This document shows positions 41,400 to 51,589 of a DNA stretch of 64,000 nt, in pieces (the stretch's first letter is position 1; each line of letters begins with the position of its first letter). Made by a program: the position numbers and the translations under genes. The notes beneath the pieces were generated by a model that saw only the letters and a program-made list of their open reading frames with translations, was not told where the DNA came from and made no database searches. This DNA is from Wickerhamiella versatilis (lineage: Eukaryota), in assembly GCA_030867685.1 (NCBI GenBank), contig JAQOWU010000007.1, forward strand, positions 1,426,001 to 1,490,000. The letters run 5' to 3'.

Positions 41400-42353
41400 T
41401 CTATGACTTGTTGGCGATAGTAAAAAATACTTCCATGGTTTTATATCTACTGGGTTAGGAATAAAGAGGGTAAGGATAGGAAAGGTGGGGTAAAATTGTC
41501 ACAAAGAAGGATATGCACATCAGTAAAGCACCAGAAGATTATCCTTTGGTTTATGAAAAGTGAAAAACCAGCTACAAAATGGAGCTTCTCTGAGCCGACA
41601 GAATATCAGCGAGTTTTTTATCATGTTAACCTGCATTGTTCCGAGATCTCCAGCTACGCACCCCGCATCATGATTAATTAGCGCACGCGTGTGTGTCACG
41701 TTCTTGGCACGGGGTTGTTCTTTCGTCACTCAGAAAAAAAAATATTTTTTTTATTTCAAATTTAATTTAGGTCTGTTTAGCCTAAACTCATGAACGCACC
41801 CTAGAAAAGTCCATCTATTCTCGGTTTCACGTGTATACGTCATAAATTCCATGCACCAAGAACCTAACCCAATAAAACATAATCGGTTGAGACAGGGGTA
41901 GTCTCAGAATACCTCGCTGATTTTGAGTATTTATAGCAAAAAATGCCATTTTTTACCTCTAGATAAGGGGTTTGTCGTATACATGCTGTGAATCTCGCGT
42001 ATGTACAAAAGGTGTAATTCTAGGCGATCACCCTTACCCTATAATCAGTTCTCAAACAAGCTGCCAAGGCAGGAGAAACCCCCATGGTTTTTCCATGCCG
42101 AGAGATACCCTATTGACGGTTATACGAGGTCCATTACATCCAGAACCTCGAACGTGGACTAAGCGCTCCCAGTAAAAAAAAGTATGTCTTTCTTCGTCTG
42201 TCACAACGTTTTGATGAGAGCAGTATCTTCTTAGCCGAGACAAATAGGTACACAATCGCTGATACACAGACCAGTAGCGTAAAGTTTACATCGTATATAC
42301 TCTGCTATGCACTTACATATTATCATTTCTTCGTACGGGCAATTTAGCCAAAA

Positions 42354-44126
42354 TCACATAATATCACTAACGCGAATGCGTTTAATTGGACGATCATCAG
42401 ACTGGGGCATCTGCTGGGGCACCTGTTGTGGTGTTTGTGGCTGCGGAGGTATCTGGGCATTCTGTGCAGGCACTTGAACCGCAACCGGTTGCTGGTTGGA
42501 CAATGGTTGCTGCGGTTGTGGCTGCTGCGGTTGGGACTGTGGCTGCATTCTAGGCTGATACTGCCCCTGGCTTCTTTTTAAGACATCAAGCTGTTGCCAT
42601 AGAGCACGTGCCGTTTCTTGGGCATCCAATGCAACCTTGCGAGCCTGTATCTCCGCATATTCAAGATCTGAGATTCTCCGGCGGAGCAGGTCATTCACAA
42701 TTTCCAATTCTGAGACCTTAGTTTGCAGTGTACCTTCATCAGCTTTTGTGGGGGTCTGGTATGCCACTGGCATGGGGCTCGGAAAAGCCATCTGGCTTTG
42801 GAGTGGCGGTTGAGGTTGTGGTGTCGCAGCCTGAGGAGGCAATTGCTGAGGTTGCATTTGTGGCTGCGGCTGCGGCTGAGGCTGCGGCTGCGGCTGCGTT
42901 ACCTGCTGAGCTTGGTTAGCAACCTGAGATGGCACTACAGGCTGTGACGACCGCATAGCATTGATTTCCGCAGCAGCTGCTTGGCGGAGATGAGGGATCC
43001 TTTCCAGGCTGTCGGGAGGCGACCTAGGAAGCAGCTGTTCACTCATCGGCCCCCTAATTAGCATTACATCCGGTGGGGAATTCGTGCGAGTATTATTTCG
43101 AATAGCTGTGATTTGAGGGCTGAGAGGTTGCTGAGGAATATTCTGCAAAGGACGAGGCATGTTTGCATCATTCTGACTGCCCTGCTGCTGTACCGATACT
43201 GGATAACCAACCCCAAACTGGCCAACAGAAGGACTGGATGGATACATTACACTCTGAACAGGCATGCCCACCACAGGATGCTGAGAAACATTTGGACGAG
43301 CAGAATCTTTTGGGGCGCCCGACTGCTCGGACTTCACAGCCTGAGGTTGCGAGGACTGTGTGTATGCTTGACCTTGTTGCGACTGGGACTGCTGGGGAGG
43401 AGGCTGCGGCAGCTGCGGGCTTTTTAAGGCTGCCGGTCCCGAGGGAGCTACACCAGGCTGAGCAGTATGTCTCACCGGTGCTTGAGGCAAAGAGGGTGGA
43501 TTTTGAGTATGCAGAGAAGCCTTTGGTGATTGCGGACCCGGTGATGTCCTCGGATTCGACGCCCCATCCGGCTGAGGATTATGGAGTAGTCGTTGCGGCT
43601 GGGAGGGAGCACGTGGCGATGCCTGGGACGACTGTGAAGTATAATACTCTTTTTGGTTCGGAGGATCCTCAGACCCTGACCTACGTTTGTTTTGGGTTCG
43701 CCGGTTAGCAACATTATTACGACTGCGATTCCGGCTCTTTATCACATCAGTCTTCAGCGATATAGGACGTCTACGGCCATGCAACTTAAGGAAGAGACCA
43801 CATGCATTACACATTATCTGGCCATTTTCATCCCTCCGCCAGAGTGGCGTCGTTGATGTGAGACAGTTCTGGCACACCGTCACTCCTGACGTTGACCGAC
43901 TTGTTACCTGCATCTGCCTCTGTTGCTGCTGGTTCTGCGATGCCTCAGACTGCTGCCCGGCCGGCTGCTCTGGAGCGGTCTGCGAATCTACCCTTAGCGC
44001 AGAATTCGGTACCTGCTCTGGCTTCTGCTCTCTGGGCTGCTGGCTCGTTGTTTCTGTCGAAGAAGTCTTCTGTGAAGACTCTACCGGCGCTTGTCCCTTG
44101 GATGAGAGTGGAGCAGTGGCCAGCAT
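42354..44126 (-). CDS. GZF3: GATA zinc-finger repressor with C-terminal leucine zipper (Gzf3/Dal80/AreB class)
   Basis: [50 protein letters not shown]; zipper [25 protein letters not shown]-rich regions. Confidence 0.9.
   Translation of the reverse strand: MLATAPLSSKGQAPVESSQKTSSTETTSQQPREQKPEQVPNSALRVDSQTAPEQPAGQQSEASQNQQQQRQMQVTSRSTSGVTVCQNCLTSTTPLWRRDENGQIMCNACGLFLKLHGRRRPISLKTDVIKSRNRSRNNVANRRTQNKRRSGSEDPPNQKEYYTSQSSQASPRAPSQPQRLLHNPQPDGASNPRTSPGPQSPKASLHTQNPPSLPQAPVRHTAQPGVAPSGPAALKSPQLPQPPPQQSQSQQGQAYTQSSQPQAVKSEQSGAPKDSARPNVSQHPVVGMPVQSVMYPSSPSVGQFGVGYPVSVQQQGSQNDANMPRPLQNIPQQPLSPQITAIRNNTRTNSPPDVMLIRGPMSEQLLPRSPPDSLERIPHLRQAAAAEINAMRSSQPVVPSQVANQAQQVTQPQPQPQPQPQPQMQPQQLPPQAATPQPQPPLQSQMAFPSPMPVAYQTPTKADEGTLQTKVSELEIVNDLLRRRISDLEYAEIQARKVALDAQETARALWQQLDVLKRSQGQYQPRMQPQSQPQQPQPQQPLSNQQPVAVQVPAQNAQIPPQPQTPQQVPQQMPQSDDRPIKRIRVSDIM
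42862..42897. repeat. Coding hexanucleotide tandem repeat (GGCTGC x6, one variant unit) encoding a QP run
   Basis: ggctgc ggctgc ggctga ggctgc ggctgc ggctgc read directly. Confidence 0.9.
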
Positions 44127-44164
44127 GTTTTCAGAAAAAGTCGGCCTCTACAGTAAGTTATTTT

Positions 44165-44862
44165 TTATCAAGGTGGTTATGACTAAGGGCGGTGTGGCCA
44201 GTTAAAACCGTATCCTTATCTGGTGCTTCCCTATCGGTCGTTTAGCGGGAAGAGCTCCGACCAGGCAATATCCTAGCACACGTGTATGCTCAATGTGCTG
44301 CTTTTTCGTTTTCAAATGCCGCTATCGACTCCAAATTCCAATAGCAATCAGATACCCTCGCCCACCGGTTGGTCTATATTAGGGTTGGGGTTCTCTTTTT
44401 TTTTCCCGACAACCGATGGGGTCTCCCCCCTAGGTCCCCCATGATCTTTGGCGAATAATAGTCGTTGGGGGTTATCAGTCACATGCCCACCACGAGATTG
44501 GTACATAGCCAGTAGTTAAAGTAGTTATATTTCTTCTTTTAGCAAGTAGAGTTGTTGATAGAAGATATATTCGCTATAAGTTGCTATTCAAGAGTGGCAA
44601 ACCAAGGTATTGCAACAATGTTGATAAGCGAGTGATAAGCAACGTCATTGCTTCTTAGAACTTCTATGCCCTGGTTTCGGCTAATATTAAATGGTAAAAC
44701 AGAAAGCTATATATCTTCATTTCGAAATTATATACAGAGAATTCTACTCAACAACCGGGATCGTCACTCCTTATCACAAGCTTATCTTGCTACTTATCAA
44801 AGATTGCCGTATACGTCCAAACAGGGAACAAGAGGGAGAACCATATTGATAAAGTATTTATC
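44165..44862. promoter_or_regulatory. Cluster of GATA elements upstream of the GATA repressor gene
   Basis: GATAAG/CTTATC at 44215, 44623, 44634, 44770, 44781 and 44793. Further GATAA cores at 44165, 44472, 44848 and 44858. Confidence 0.7.
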
Positions 44863-45064
44863 ATTCTTTTTTCCTTCTTTTTCCAGTGTAGGTATAGCAA
44901 TCAAAGCGTCAAAATTCCCCGGTGAGATTAGAGCGCACACACTGTCGCTGGAGTATAGAGCTTCCTTGGGACTGATCTGAAATACATATAAGTCTACTTT
45001 TTTCGAAGATGCTTTTTGAAACTATTATACAGGGCTAGACAAATTCGTAGAATGGCTGCATGAC

Positions 45065-47962
45065 CTATTTCTTGTTGGGTTGCTCCTGCGCAGATGAATC
45101 GCTTGGTGCTTTGCTACGGTTATGAGCCATGTGGCTTTTCACAAGATGGCCTGCAGCTAGTGCGGAGCAAAGCGATAGTTCACCAGCTAGCACAGCTGAG
45201 GCAACTATCCGAGCTAGTGCACGAGCATTGGCACCTGGCTCCGTCGAGTGGGGGCCTCTGATACCCAACATCTCCAGCATGGCAGCCTGGGGTTCTAGGA
45301 TTGTACCTCCTCCGATTGTACCTACCTCAAGGCATGGCATGCTCACACTAATTTGAAGATCACCCTCAACATTGCTCATCAAGGTCATGCAACTGGATCC
45401 CTCCACAACCTGTGCCGGATCCTGGCCAGTGGCAAGATAAACTGCCGCTACCAAATTAGCCGCGTGGGCATTAAAACCACCCATAGCTCCGGCCATGTTT
45501 GATCCGATCAAATTTTTGGCCATGTTAAGGTCCACAAGATCATCAACAGTTGTTTTCAGAAGTTTTGTGACCAAGGCAGCCGGCACGCGAGATTCTGCGA
45601 CCACAGATTTTCCTCGGCCCTCAATCCAATTAATCGCTGCTGACTTCTTATCAGTACAGTAATTGCCACTCAATGATACAATCGACATATCATCAAAGCC
45701 GTAGTCTTCAGCCATGACTCGCAAGGCTGATTCAACTCCTTTCGAAATCATATTCATGCCCATTGCATCTCCAGTCTGGGCACGGAATCTAATGTACAAA
45801 AAATTGCCAGCGACGGCAGACTTGATAGATTCAAGACGTGCGAACCGAGATGTTGCGTTGAATGCGTCCTTGATTACCTGTGTGCCCTCGACTGAATCTA
45901 ACCAGCGCTTGGCGATAGCAGCACGCTTTGATGTGTCAAAGGACACACAAGGACCGCGCGTCATTCCATCGCCCAGGATCTCCGTGGTTACACCACCGCC
46001 GCCATTAAGGGCCTTACAACCACGCATAGTTGAGGCAACCAAAACACCCTCCGTAGTTGCCATTGGCAAAAAGTTCTCCACACCATCGATACAGAGGGGC
46101 CCAGCGAGTCCTAAGGGGAGAGGCAGATATCCAACCACGTTTTCGCAACATGCACCCAAGACTCTATCATAGTCGTAATTCTTCCAGGGTAAAGCAGAAT
46201 GCTCAAGCGTATGTGTCCGACTCAAGCGAGAGATGGCCGCCCTACGAACACATACAGCACGCGTGCTATTTTTGAGTTGTTTCTCAAGCGCATAAAGAGG
46301 TAATTTGCCCTTAACTGCCAGTTGCACAACCTCTTCGTCGTTCAGATTGGCTGTAAGCCCTTCTTTCATCACCTCCATACAGTCCTCAAGACTGCGAACT
46401 TTCTTAGTTGGCAGCACCAGGCCGTCATCACTAGAAGACCCTTCTTCCTCCTCATCTTCGTCTCTCGTACTTTGATGAACAGATTGAGATTCTGGCTGAG
46501 GACTCAAAACAATAGGTTTATAAACGGAAAGGGTTTGCTTCCGTGCCATACTGACAAAGTAACCATTAAGCATCAGGGATGCCATGAGTGCACACACCAG
46601 TGCGCGTTGTATAGACCTGTTGGCCAACAATTCATTGATACTCAACCTCCCCGGTGCAGATTCAAACCGAATAGGTGGAACTATCTTCAAGACAGCTGGA
46701 AGCGACATTCGCGAAGCAATATCCGGGATGGGAGGACCAGCATTAAAAGTTAGATCTTCTGGCCTGAACGACAGTGTCACAGGTACATCGCGAATCGTGA
46801 GCCAGTTCAACCCTAAGAATGCTATAGCCAACAAAAGCCTCACGCTCCCTGAACTACCGGAGTTGGACTGGGAAGAATTAGGGTCCGTAGACGTGGCAGC
46901 ATCGGCATATCTGTGGGCTGCTGCGTTGGAAACACCATCCTCGGCTAGCGCACGCCTGATTGCATCGTTTCGTTCCATTCGGGCCACAGTAAGTTTTAGT
47001 GACATATTGGCAACGAAGAATGTACGGTACAGGATGATATCAAGGGCTAATGTAAGTGTGGAAAGTACACAGAACTCCCACAACCCGCCACGAATACGAC
47101 CCCTGCCGCACAGTGAAACTATACCCAGGAAAATCATGGATACATTAACATCGCGCATTGACACAAGGCTTAAAGCCTCAACAATAATGTCTGCGCTAGA
47201 CTTGGACCCATGGTGGGCCAGGTTATCACCCAGGATACGCAGCGACTCCCGTGCCAAAGATGACTTTGGCTCAAAGCCATTAATCAGAACCAGAAATGGT
47301 AGACCCTGCGCAAGTGCACGCTTGGGTACATATATTCCGGCAAACACAGTGATACCATAGGCGCCAAGGAAGGCAAATGTCGACGAAAGAAGTGCTGCGG
47401 CAAATAAGTATGTTCGACTGCCTAATTTTCTCATGCGCAAAAACAACTGGACAAATAGTACATACATTCCAACCCATCCCAGCGTCACGACTATCAAGTC
47501 AGTCCTATCTGCTGCCGATATTAAGTCGTAGACACGTGCTACTGTCCACTTCGCCCAAATTACCCAAGAGTGAGAATTATTCAAATAGATCCTGTTACCA
47601 TTTTTCAGCTGAAATGTACGAAAAGTCGCTATGAACGAAGTAAAATCCTGTTCAGGGAGCACCAGGTCTGAACCTTTTGCCAGCTGCGAAACTTTCTCCG
47701 CAAGAAAAGCACGTGCCTCCTGTGCGTATTCACCAGCAAAATCCACAGCCGTTGCAACATAGGGAGTTAGGTTCGGAGACTCTACTGGCTTCCATACATC
47801 GCGTGACGACACTTCAAAAGTTCGTGCCAGTGGGCCAATAGATGAACCATGTAAAGGTAAAACATCAACAAATACAACGTAGAGCACAAAAACTCCAGTA
47901 AACGCTAAGGCGACCGTTTGTATCGGCCACAAAGCACTGAAGCGCGACAAAGCGTCAAGCAT
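45065..47962 (-). CDS. HMG1: HMG-CoA reductase (class I, membrane-anchored)
   Basis: N-terminal membrane/sterol-sensing region, then CCENVVGY, PMATTEG, DGMTRGP, TGDAMGMNM, GQDPAQ, HLVKSHMAHNR. Confidence 0.97.
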   Translation of the reverse strand: MLDALSRFSALWPIQTVALAFTGVFVLYVVFVDVLPLHGSSIGPLARTFEVSSRDVWKPVESPNLTPYVATAVDFAGEYAQEARAFLAEKVSQLAKGSDLVLPEQDFTSFIATFRTFQLKNGNRIYLNNSHSWVIWAKWTVARVYDLISAADRTDLIVVTLGWVGMYVLFVQLFLRMRKLGSRTYLFAAALLSSTFAFLGAYGITVFAGIYVPKRALAQGLPFLVLINGFEPKSSLARESLRILGDNLAHHGSKSSADIIVEALSLVSMRDVNVSMIFLGIVSLCGRGRIRGGLWEFCVLSTLTLALDIILYRTFFVANMSLKLTVARMERNDAIRRALAEDGVSNAAAHRYADAATSTDPNSSQSNSGSSGSVRLLLAIAFLGLNWLTIRDVPVTLSFRPEDLTFNAGPPIPDIASRMSLPAVLKIVPPIRFESAPGRLSINELLANRSIQRALVCALMASLMLNGYFVSMARKQTLSVYKPIVLSPQPESQSVHQSTRDEDEEEEGSSSDDGLVLPTKKVRSLEDCMEVMKEGLTANLNDEEVVQLAVKGKLPLYALEKQLKNSTRAVCVRRAAISRLSRTHTLEHSALPWKNYDYDRVLGACCENVVGYLPLPLGLAGPLCIDGVENFLPMATTEGVLVASTMRGCKALNGGGGVTTEILGDGMTRGPCVSFDTSKRAAIAKRWLDSVEGTQVIKDAFNATSRFARLESIKSAVAGNFLYIRFRAQTGDAMGMNMISKGVESALRVMAEDYGFDDMSIVSLSGNYCTDKKSAAINWIEGRGKSVVAESRVPAALVTKLLKTTVDDLVDLNMAKNLIGSNMAGAMGGFNAHAANLVAAVYLATGQDPAQVVEGSSCMTLMSNVEGDLQISVSMPCLEVGTIGGGTILEPQAAMLEMLGIRGPHSTEPGANARALARIVASAVLAGELSLCSALAAGHLVKSHMAHNRSKAPSDSSAQEQPNKK

Positions 47963-48190
47963 GGTTATAGTAGTTACCCAGCTCCCTCGGTTGGTCAGCG
48001 ACGCCCCACGGCGACCTAAGAAGATTTTACTGTTCAGAGTGCATAGGGTTTACAATATACAATCTAAGACTATGCAGCAATACTTTTTCGAACACAAAAC
48101 TAGAGATAGCTAGCCCTCTAGGAAATTATTAGGAAGGATTTTCTAAAAAGAAAAATTTCGCGTCTGTCACGTGATTAGTATATTCGGACG

Positions 48191-49144
48191 TCAGTGCCCA
48201 CTCCTGGGGCGTTTACGAAGTAATGCATTAGATAAATGGACAGTTTCTGTGGGAAATTGTTTTATTAGCTCCATTTTTGTTGGGTCTCTGAGAGGTGCTG
48301 CTTGAAGTTCATTCGCAAAGGCAATGTATAATTGATCGTCTGAGACACACGCGTCAACAGGAGGCTGCGATGTTTCTACCACCTTGGTTTCCAGCGAGGG
48401 TACGTCCACTAGCCATAGCTGGGGCACGTTTTCGACGGCCACTAAACATTTATCACCTGCTGTCTTGATGAACGCTAAGTCGACTTCTTCTTGGCCCAGA
48501 TCTAACTCCTTATGCTCCCCGGTCCGCCAGTTGGTGCACATTATGAAGTTGTCTCCTCCTCCAGACACCACATAGTCACCTATAACGGCAAGAAATGCAA
48601 CATATTCATGGTGTCCCCAAAGAAACCTTTCTATCTGGTAGGCATTAGGATATGCACTCACTCGGATGTGTTCATCGCGATCACTGGTCAAAACACTCGT
48701 GGACGTAGCAGCAACATCGAGGAGCATGGACACATGGCCCAGTATCGGTTCAATAATTGTTTGACCAGACTCGTCAATCAAAGCATCTGTTGAATCTAGT
48801 GGTATCTTGTATACATCACCAAACTTATCACCCACAAGAAGCCAACCATCTGGGGCTATAGACCACGCAGATGGACGCTTAGGAAACTGGCGTTGAGACA
48901 GAACTTTGAGTGTGTCTGAATCAAATACCTCTAGACTTTTTGAAAAGTGATCAAGGCCAATTATCCGTCCGTCATTTGCAAAGCCAAGGTTACCTATGTA
49001 GTTTGGTCTCTGGTCTCTTTCGTGGGTTATATTTGACTCTGGTACATCATATATTGCCTTTTCCACACCATTTTGGAGAAGAATAACTTGAGATCCGTGT
49101 GCAATAGCGATTCTTCCCTTATTCGCAGTCACACTATGAGGCAT
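48191..49144 (-). CDS. TRM82: tRNA m7G methyltransferase non-catalytic WD40 subunit Trm82
   Basis: FPKRPS, VGDKFGDVY, ILGHVSML, TSDRDEHIRVS, GHHEYV, SGGGD. First ATG at 49144. Confidence 0.93.
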   Translation of the reverse strand: MPHSVTANKGRIAIAHGSQVILLQNGVEKAIYDVPESNITHERDQRPNYIGNLGFANDGRIIGLDHFSKSLEVFDSDTLKVLSQRQFPKRPSAWSIAPDGWLLVGDKFGDVYKIPLDSTDALIDESGQTIIEPILGHVSMLLDVAATSTSVLTSDRDEHIRVSAYPNAYQIERFLWGHHEYVAFLAVIGDYVVSGGGDNFIMCTNWRTGEHKELDLGQEEVDLAFIKTAGDKCLVAVENVPQLWLVDVPSLETKVVETSQPPVDACVSDDQLYIAFANELQAAPLRDPTKMELIKQFPTETVHLSNALLRKRPRSGH

Positions 49145-49197
49145 ACTGAAAAAGTTGTGACTCAGCGAGGTCACATTACCTGGAGATTGGGCACGAC

Positions 49198-50049
49198 ATG
49201 ATCGACGGAGAGGGTTGGTTCCGGGAGGCCAACGAGCTATGGCCAGGGCAAGCATTTGCGCTCAAGGTGCGTCGAAAGTTATATGAAGGCCGAAGTGAGT
49301 TTCAACATGTCCTCGTATTTGAGTCTGAATCTTATGGCAACGTATTGGTGCTGGATGGTGTGATCCAGGCCACTGAGCGGGATGAATTTGCTTACCAGGA
49401 GATGATATGCCATGTACCACTGATGGCACATCGTCAGCCCCGGCGTGTGCTTGTCGTAGGAGGTGGTGATGGAGGATGTGTTCGTGAAGTTCTCAAACAT
49501 CCATCAGTGCAAAGTGTCGATCTTGTTGAGATAGATGGAAAAGTAATGGAGTTGTCGAAAAAATATTTGCCTACTATGTCAAGTTGTCTGGATGATCCCA
49601 GGGTAAATGTACATATCTGTGACGGGTTCAAGTACCTCGCTGACTGTTCTGATCCTTACGACGTGATAATATCTGATACCAGTGACCCTGAAGGTCCTGC
49701 TGTTCAATTATTCCAAAAGGAGTATTTTGAGCTGCTCAGGGGTGCTCTCACGGACCATGGTATCGTTGCAATGCAAGCATCCGAAAGTATTTGGCTGAAG
49801 ATCAATGTGCTACATAAACTTCAGGAAACTTGTCATTCAGTTTTTCCCGTGGCAAAGTTCACGACGGCTTGCGTTCCAACGTATACCAGTGGTCAACTAG
49901 GGCTTATTGTATGCGCAAAGGATTCTAGTGACGACGTAGAACGCCCGGTGCGCGAATGTAATCTTAACACAAAGTATTACACTCCAGAAATTCACAGTGC
50001 TAGCTTTGTTCTTCCAAATTTTGCACAAAGATGCATTGACAATTCTTAA
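49198..50049 (+). CDS. SPE4: Aminopropyltransferase, most likely spermine synthase (Spe4) rather than spermidine synthase
   Basis: GWFRE, LVLDGVIQATERDEFAYQEM, GGGDGG, DTSDPEGP. GQAF, RSEFQ and YTSGQLGLIVC resemble Spe4 as recalled, and the gene is convergent with RMP1 as SPE4 is in S. cerevisiae. Confidence 0.8.
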   Translation: MIDGEGWFREANELWPGQAFALKVRRKLYEGRSEFQHVLVFESESYGNVLVLDGVIQATERDEFAYQEMICHVPLMAHRQPRRVLVVGGGDGGCVREVLKHPSVQSVDLVEIDGKVMELSKKYLPTMSSCLDDPRVNVHICDGFKYLADCSDPYDVIISDTSDPEGPAVQLFQKEYFELLRGALTDHGIVAMQASESIWLKINVLHKLQETCHSVFPVAKFTTACVPTYTSGQLGLIVCAKDSSDDVERPVRECNLNTKYYTPEIHSASFVLPNFAQRCIDNS

Positions 50050-50084
50050 CTTAAGCTGTGTAATTATAATTATACCATTATCAA

Positions 50085-50552
50085 CTAACCAAAAATGGCA
50101 TCGATAGCATTAGGTCGGGACTTTTTGTTTCTCTTTTTTGTTTTACGTTTCGTTACCACGGCATTTTCGAGGCGAATTTCATCTTCTGCGATCTCGTTAC
50201 CCATGTCTGGCATTTCCGTATCCAATTTGGTTTCACGCGGCTGTTGACGTTTGGGTACGGAGGGAAGCAGAAGAGAATATATCCGAGAAAGAACCGCAAG
50301 AACCGCAAATCCAAGTGAAACAAATGTTCCATGTGCCAGCATGGAATGGATAGATCGTGCGGCTTGCGGTATCAACTTTTTTACCAGAAAATGTGCCTCG
50401 CCCGGAAATAATGAGCCGCGGGTCACCGACTGACACAGGCGTCGATGAATCATAGAAAAGTATTTCCACCATAATTGCGTGCGATGTGCCCTACGATTAC
50501 GGACATAGATTAAATGAGCGATCTGCACTTCACTTTCAAGTGCTGGATCCAT
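50085..50552 (-). CDS. RMP1: RNase MRP protein subunit Rmp1
   Basis: RNRRAHRTQLWWKYF, GTFVSLGFAVLAVLSRI, DMG, Lys-rich tail ending AIDAIFG. Confidence 0.9.
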   Translation of the reverse strand: MDPALESEVQIAHLIYVRNRRAHRTQLWWKYFSMIHRRLCQSVTRGSLFPGEAHFLVKKLIPQAARSIHSMLAHGTFVSLGFAVLAVLSRIYSLLLPSVPKRQQPRETKLDTEMPDMGNEIAEDEIRLENAVVTKRKTKKRNKKSRPNAIDAIFG

Positions 50553-50567
50553 CTACCATCGTGACTA

Positions 50568-51485
50568 ATGGCCCCTCTAGAGGGCGCCGATCAAAGGGCG
50601 GTAGAGCTGTTTCGAAAAGGCGCTCAATTGGAAGCGGCAGGAATCGTAAAAGAAGCTGCAGATTCTTATAAAAAAGCATTCAAACTAAACCAGTTTGCTG
50701 ATAAGTTATCTGTTCGTCTAGAAAAAGAAGAAGGGCAGGCCGCCGGCGAAGATGCAGACGAAACACTAAAAGAAAAAGAAAATGATATAGAGCAGACCCA
50801 TGAGGCAGATGATGATGTCAAGGAATGCTTGTTGTCGCGACTTCCACCAGAGGTTATCGCTGCAATTTTGGTGCAGGTTGCACTATATTCTCCGCGTGAC
50901 TTGATTAGAATCGCTCTTGCGGGGCGTATTTTTTGGCTGCCACATGATAGTCCTCTCTTTTGGGAGCCAATGTGTGTTCAAGCCTATGGTGAAAATGCTG
51001 GAGACTCTGTAGGCACATACGGGGGTTGGTTTCAGATGTTCCGTGAACGTCCTGCTATCAGATTCGATGGCGTTTACGCATCTCGCTCGATGTATCTACG
51101 CACAGGGGAGCATGAGGGCATCTCTTGGTACCCACCATTGATTGAAGTGTCTTACTATCGCTATATTCGATTCTATCCAGATGGTATTGTACGTGTTCTC
51201 CTTTGCAACGACCCGCCATCACATATCCTTCCATTTCATGATCATAGACGAACACTATGGGGTCAATGGGATCTCGATACCACGAAAAAGGAGGTTTACT
51301 TGGTAACCCAGGGGTCCGTACCCGAGTATGAATTCTACCTGCAACTTAAAGTTTCGTCAAGTGGAGGAAAGGTGCATAATAAGCTTAAGTGGGTGAACTA
51401 CTGGTGTATACACCGTGCAACTGGTCAGCGGGACGATTTTGATCTCACCAATGATCGCTCTTTCTATTTTCAAAAATGCGATTAG
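50568..51485 (+). CDS. HRT3: F-box protein Hrt3 (FBXO9-like)
   Basis: AVELFRKG...YKKAFKL, F-box LSRLPPEVIAAIL, RPAIRFDGVY, VSYYRYIRFYPDG, HNKLKW. Confidence 0.9.
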   Translation: MAPLEGADQRAVELFRKGAQLEAAGIVKEAADSYKKAFKLNQFADKLSVRLEKEEGQAAGEDADETLKEKENDIEQTHEADDDVKECLLSRLPPEVIAAILVQVALYSPRDLIRIALAGRIFWLPHDSPLFWEPMCVQAYGENAGDSVGTYGGWFQMFRERPAIRFDGVYASRSMYLRTGEHEGISWYPPLIEVSYYRYIRFYPDGIVRVLLCNDPPSHILPFHDHRRTLWGQWDLDTTKKEVYLVTQGSVPEYEFYLQLKVSSSGGKVHNKLKWVNYWCIHRATGQRDDFDLTNDRSFYFQKCD

Positions 51486-51589
51486 GGGCCTTACCTACTA
51501 GTTAACTTGGCTCACTCAGCTCTGCTCGAATAGATAACTTATTCAGCAAGGGTTCCACTAGCCGTCCAACCAAGGAGTTCGGCAGGTTT

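Noticed and set aside
46584..47360. Long antisense ORFs (this 258-aa one, also 34408-35097, 25313-25891, 43163-43708, 63661-63978)
   Set aside because: Shadows of real genes on the opposite strand, with no independent protein motifs.
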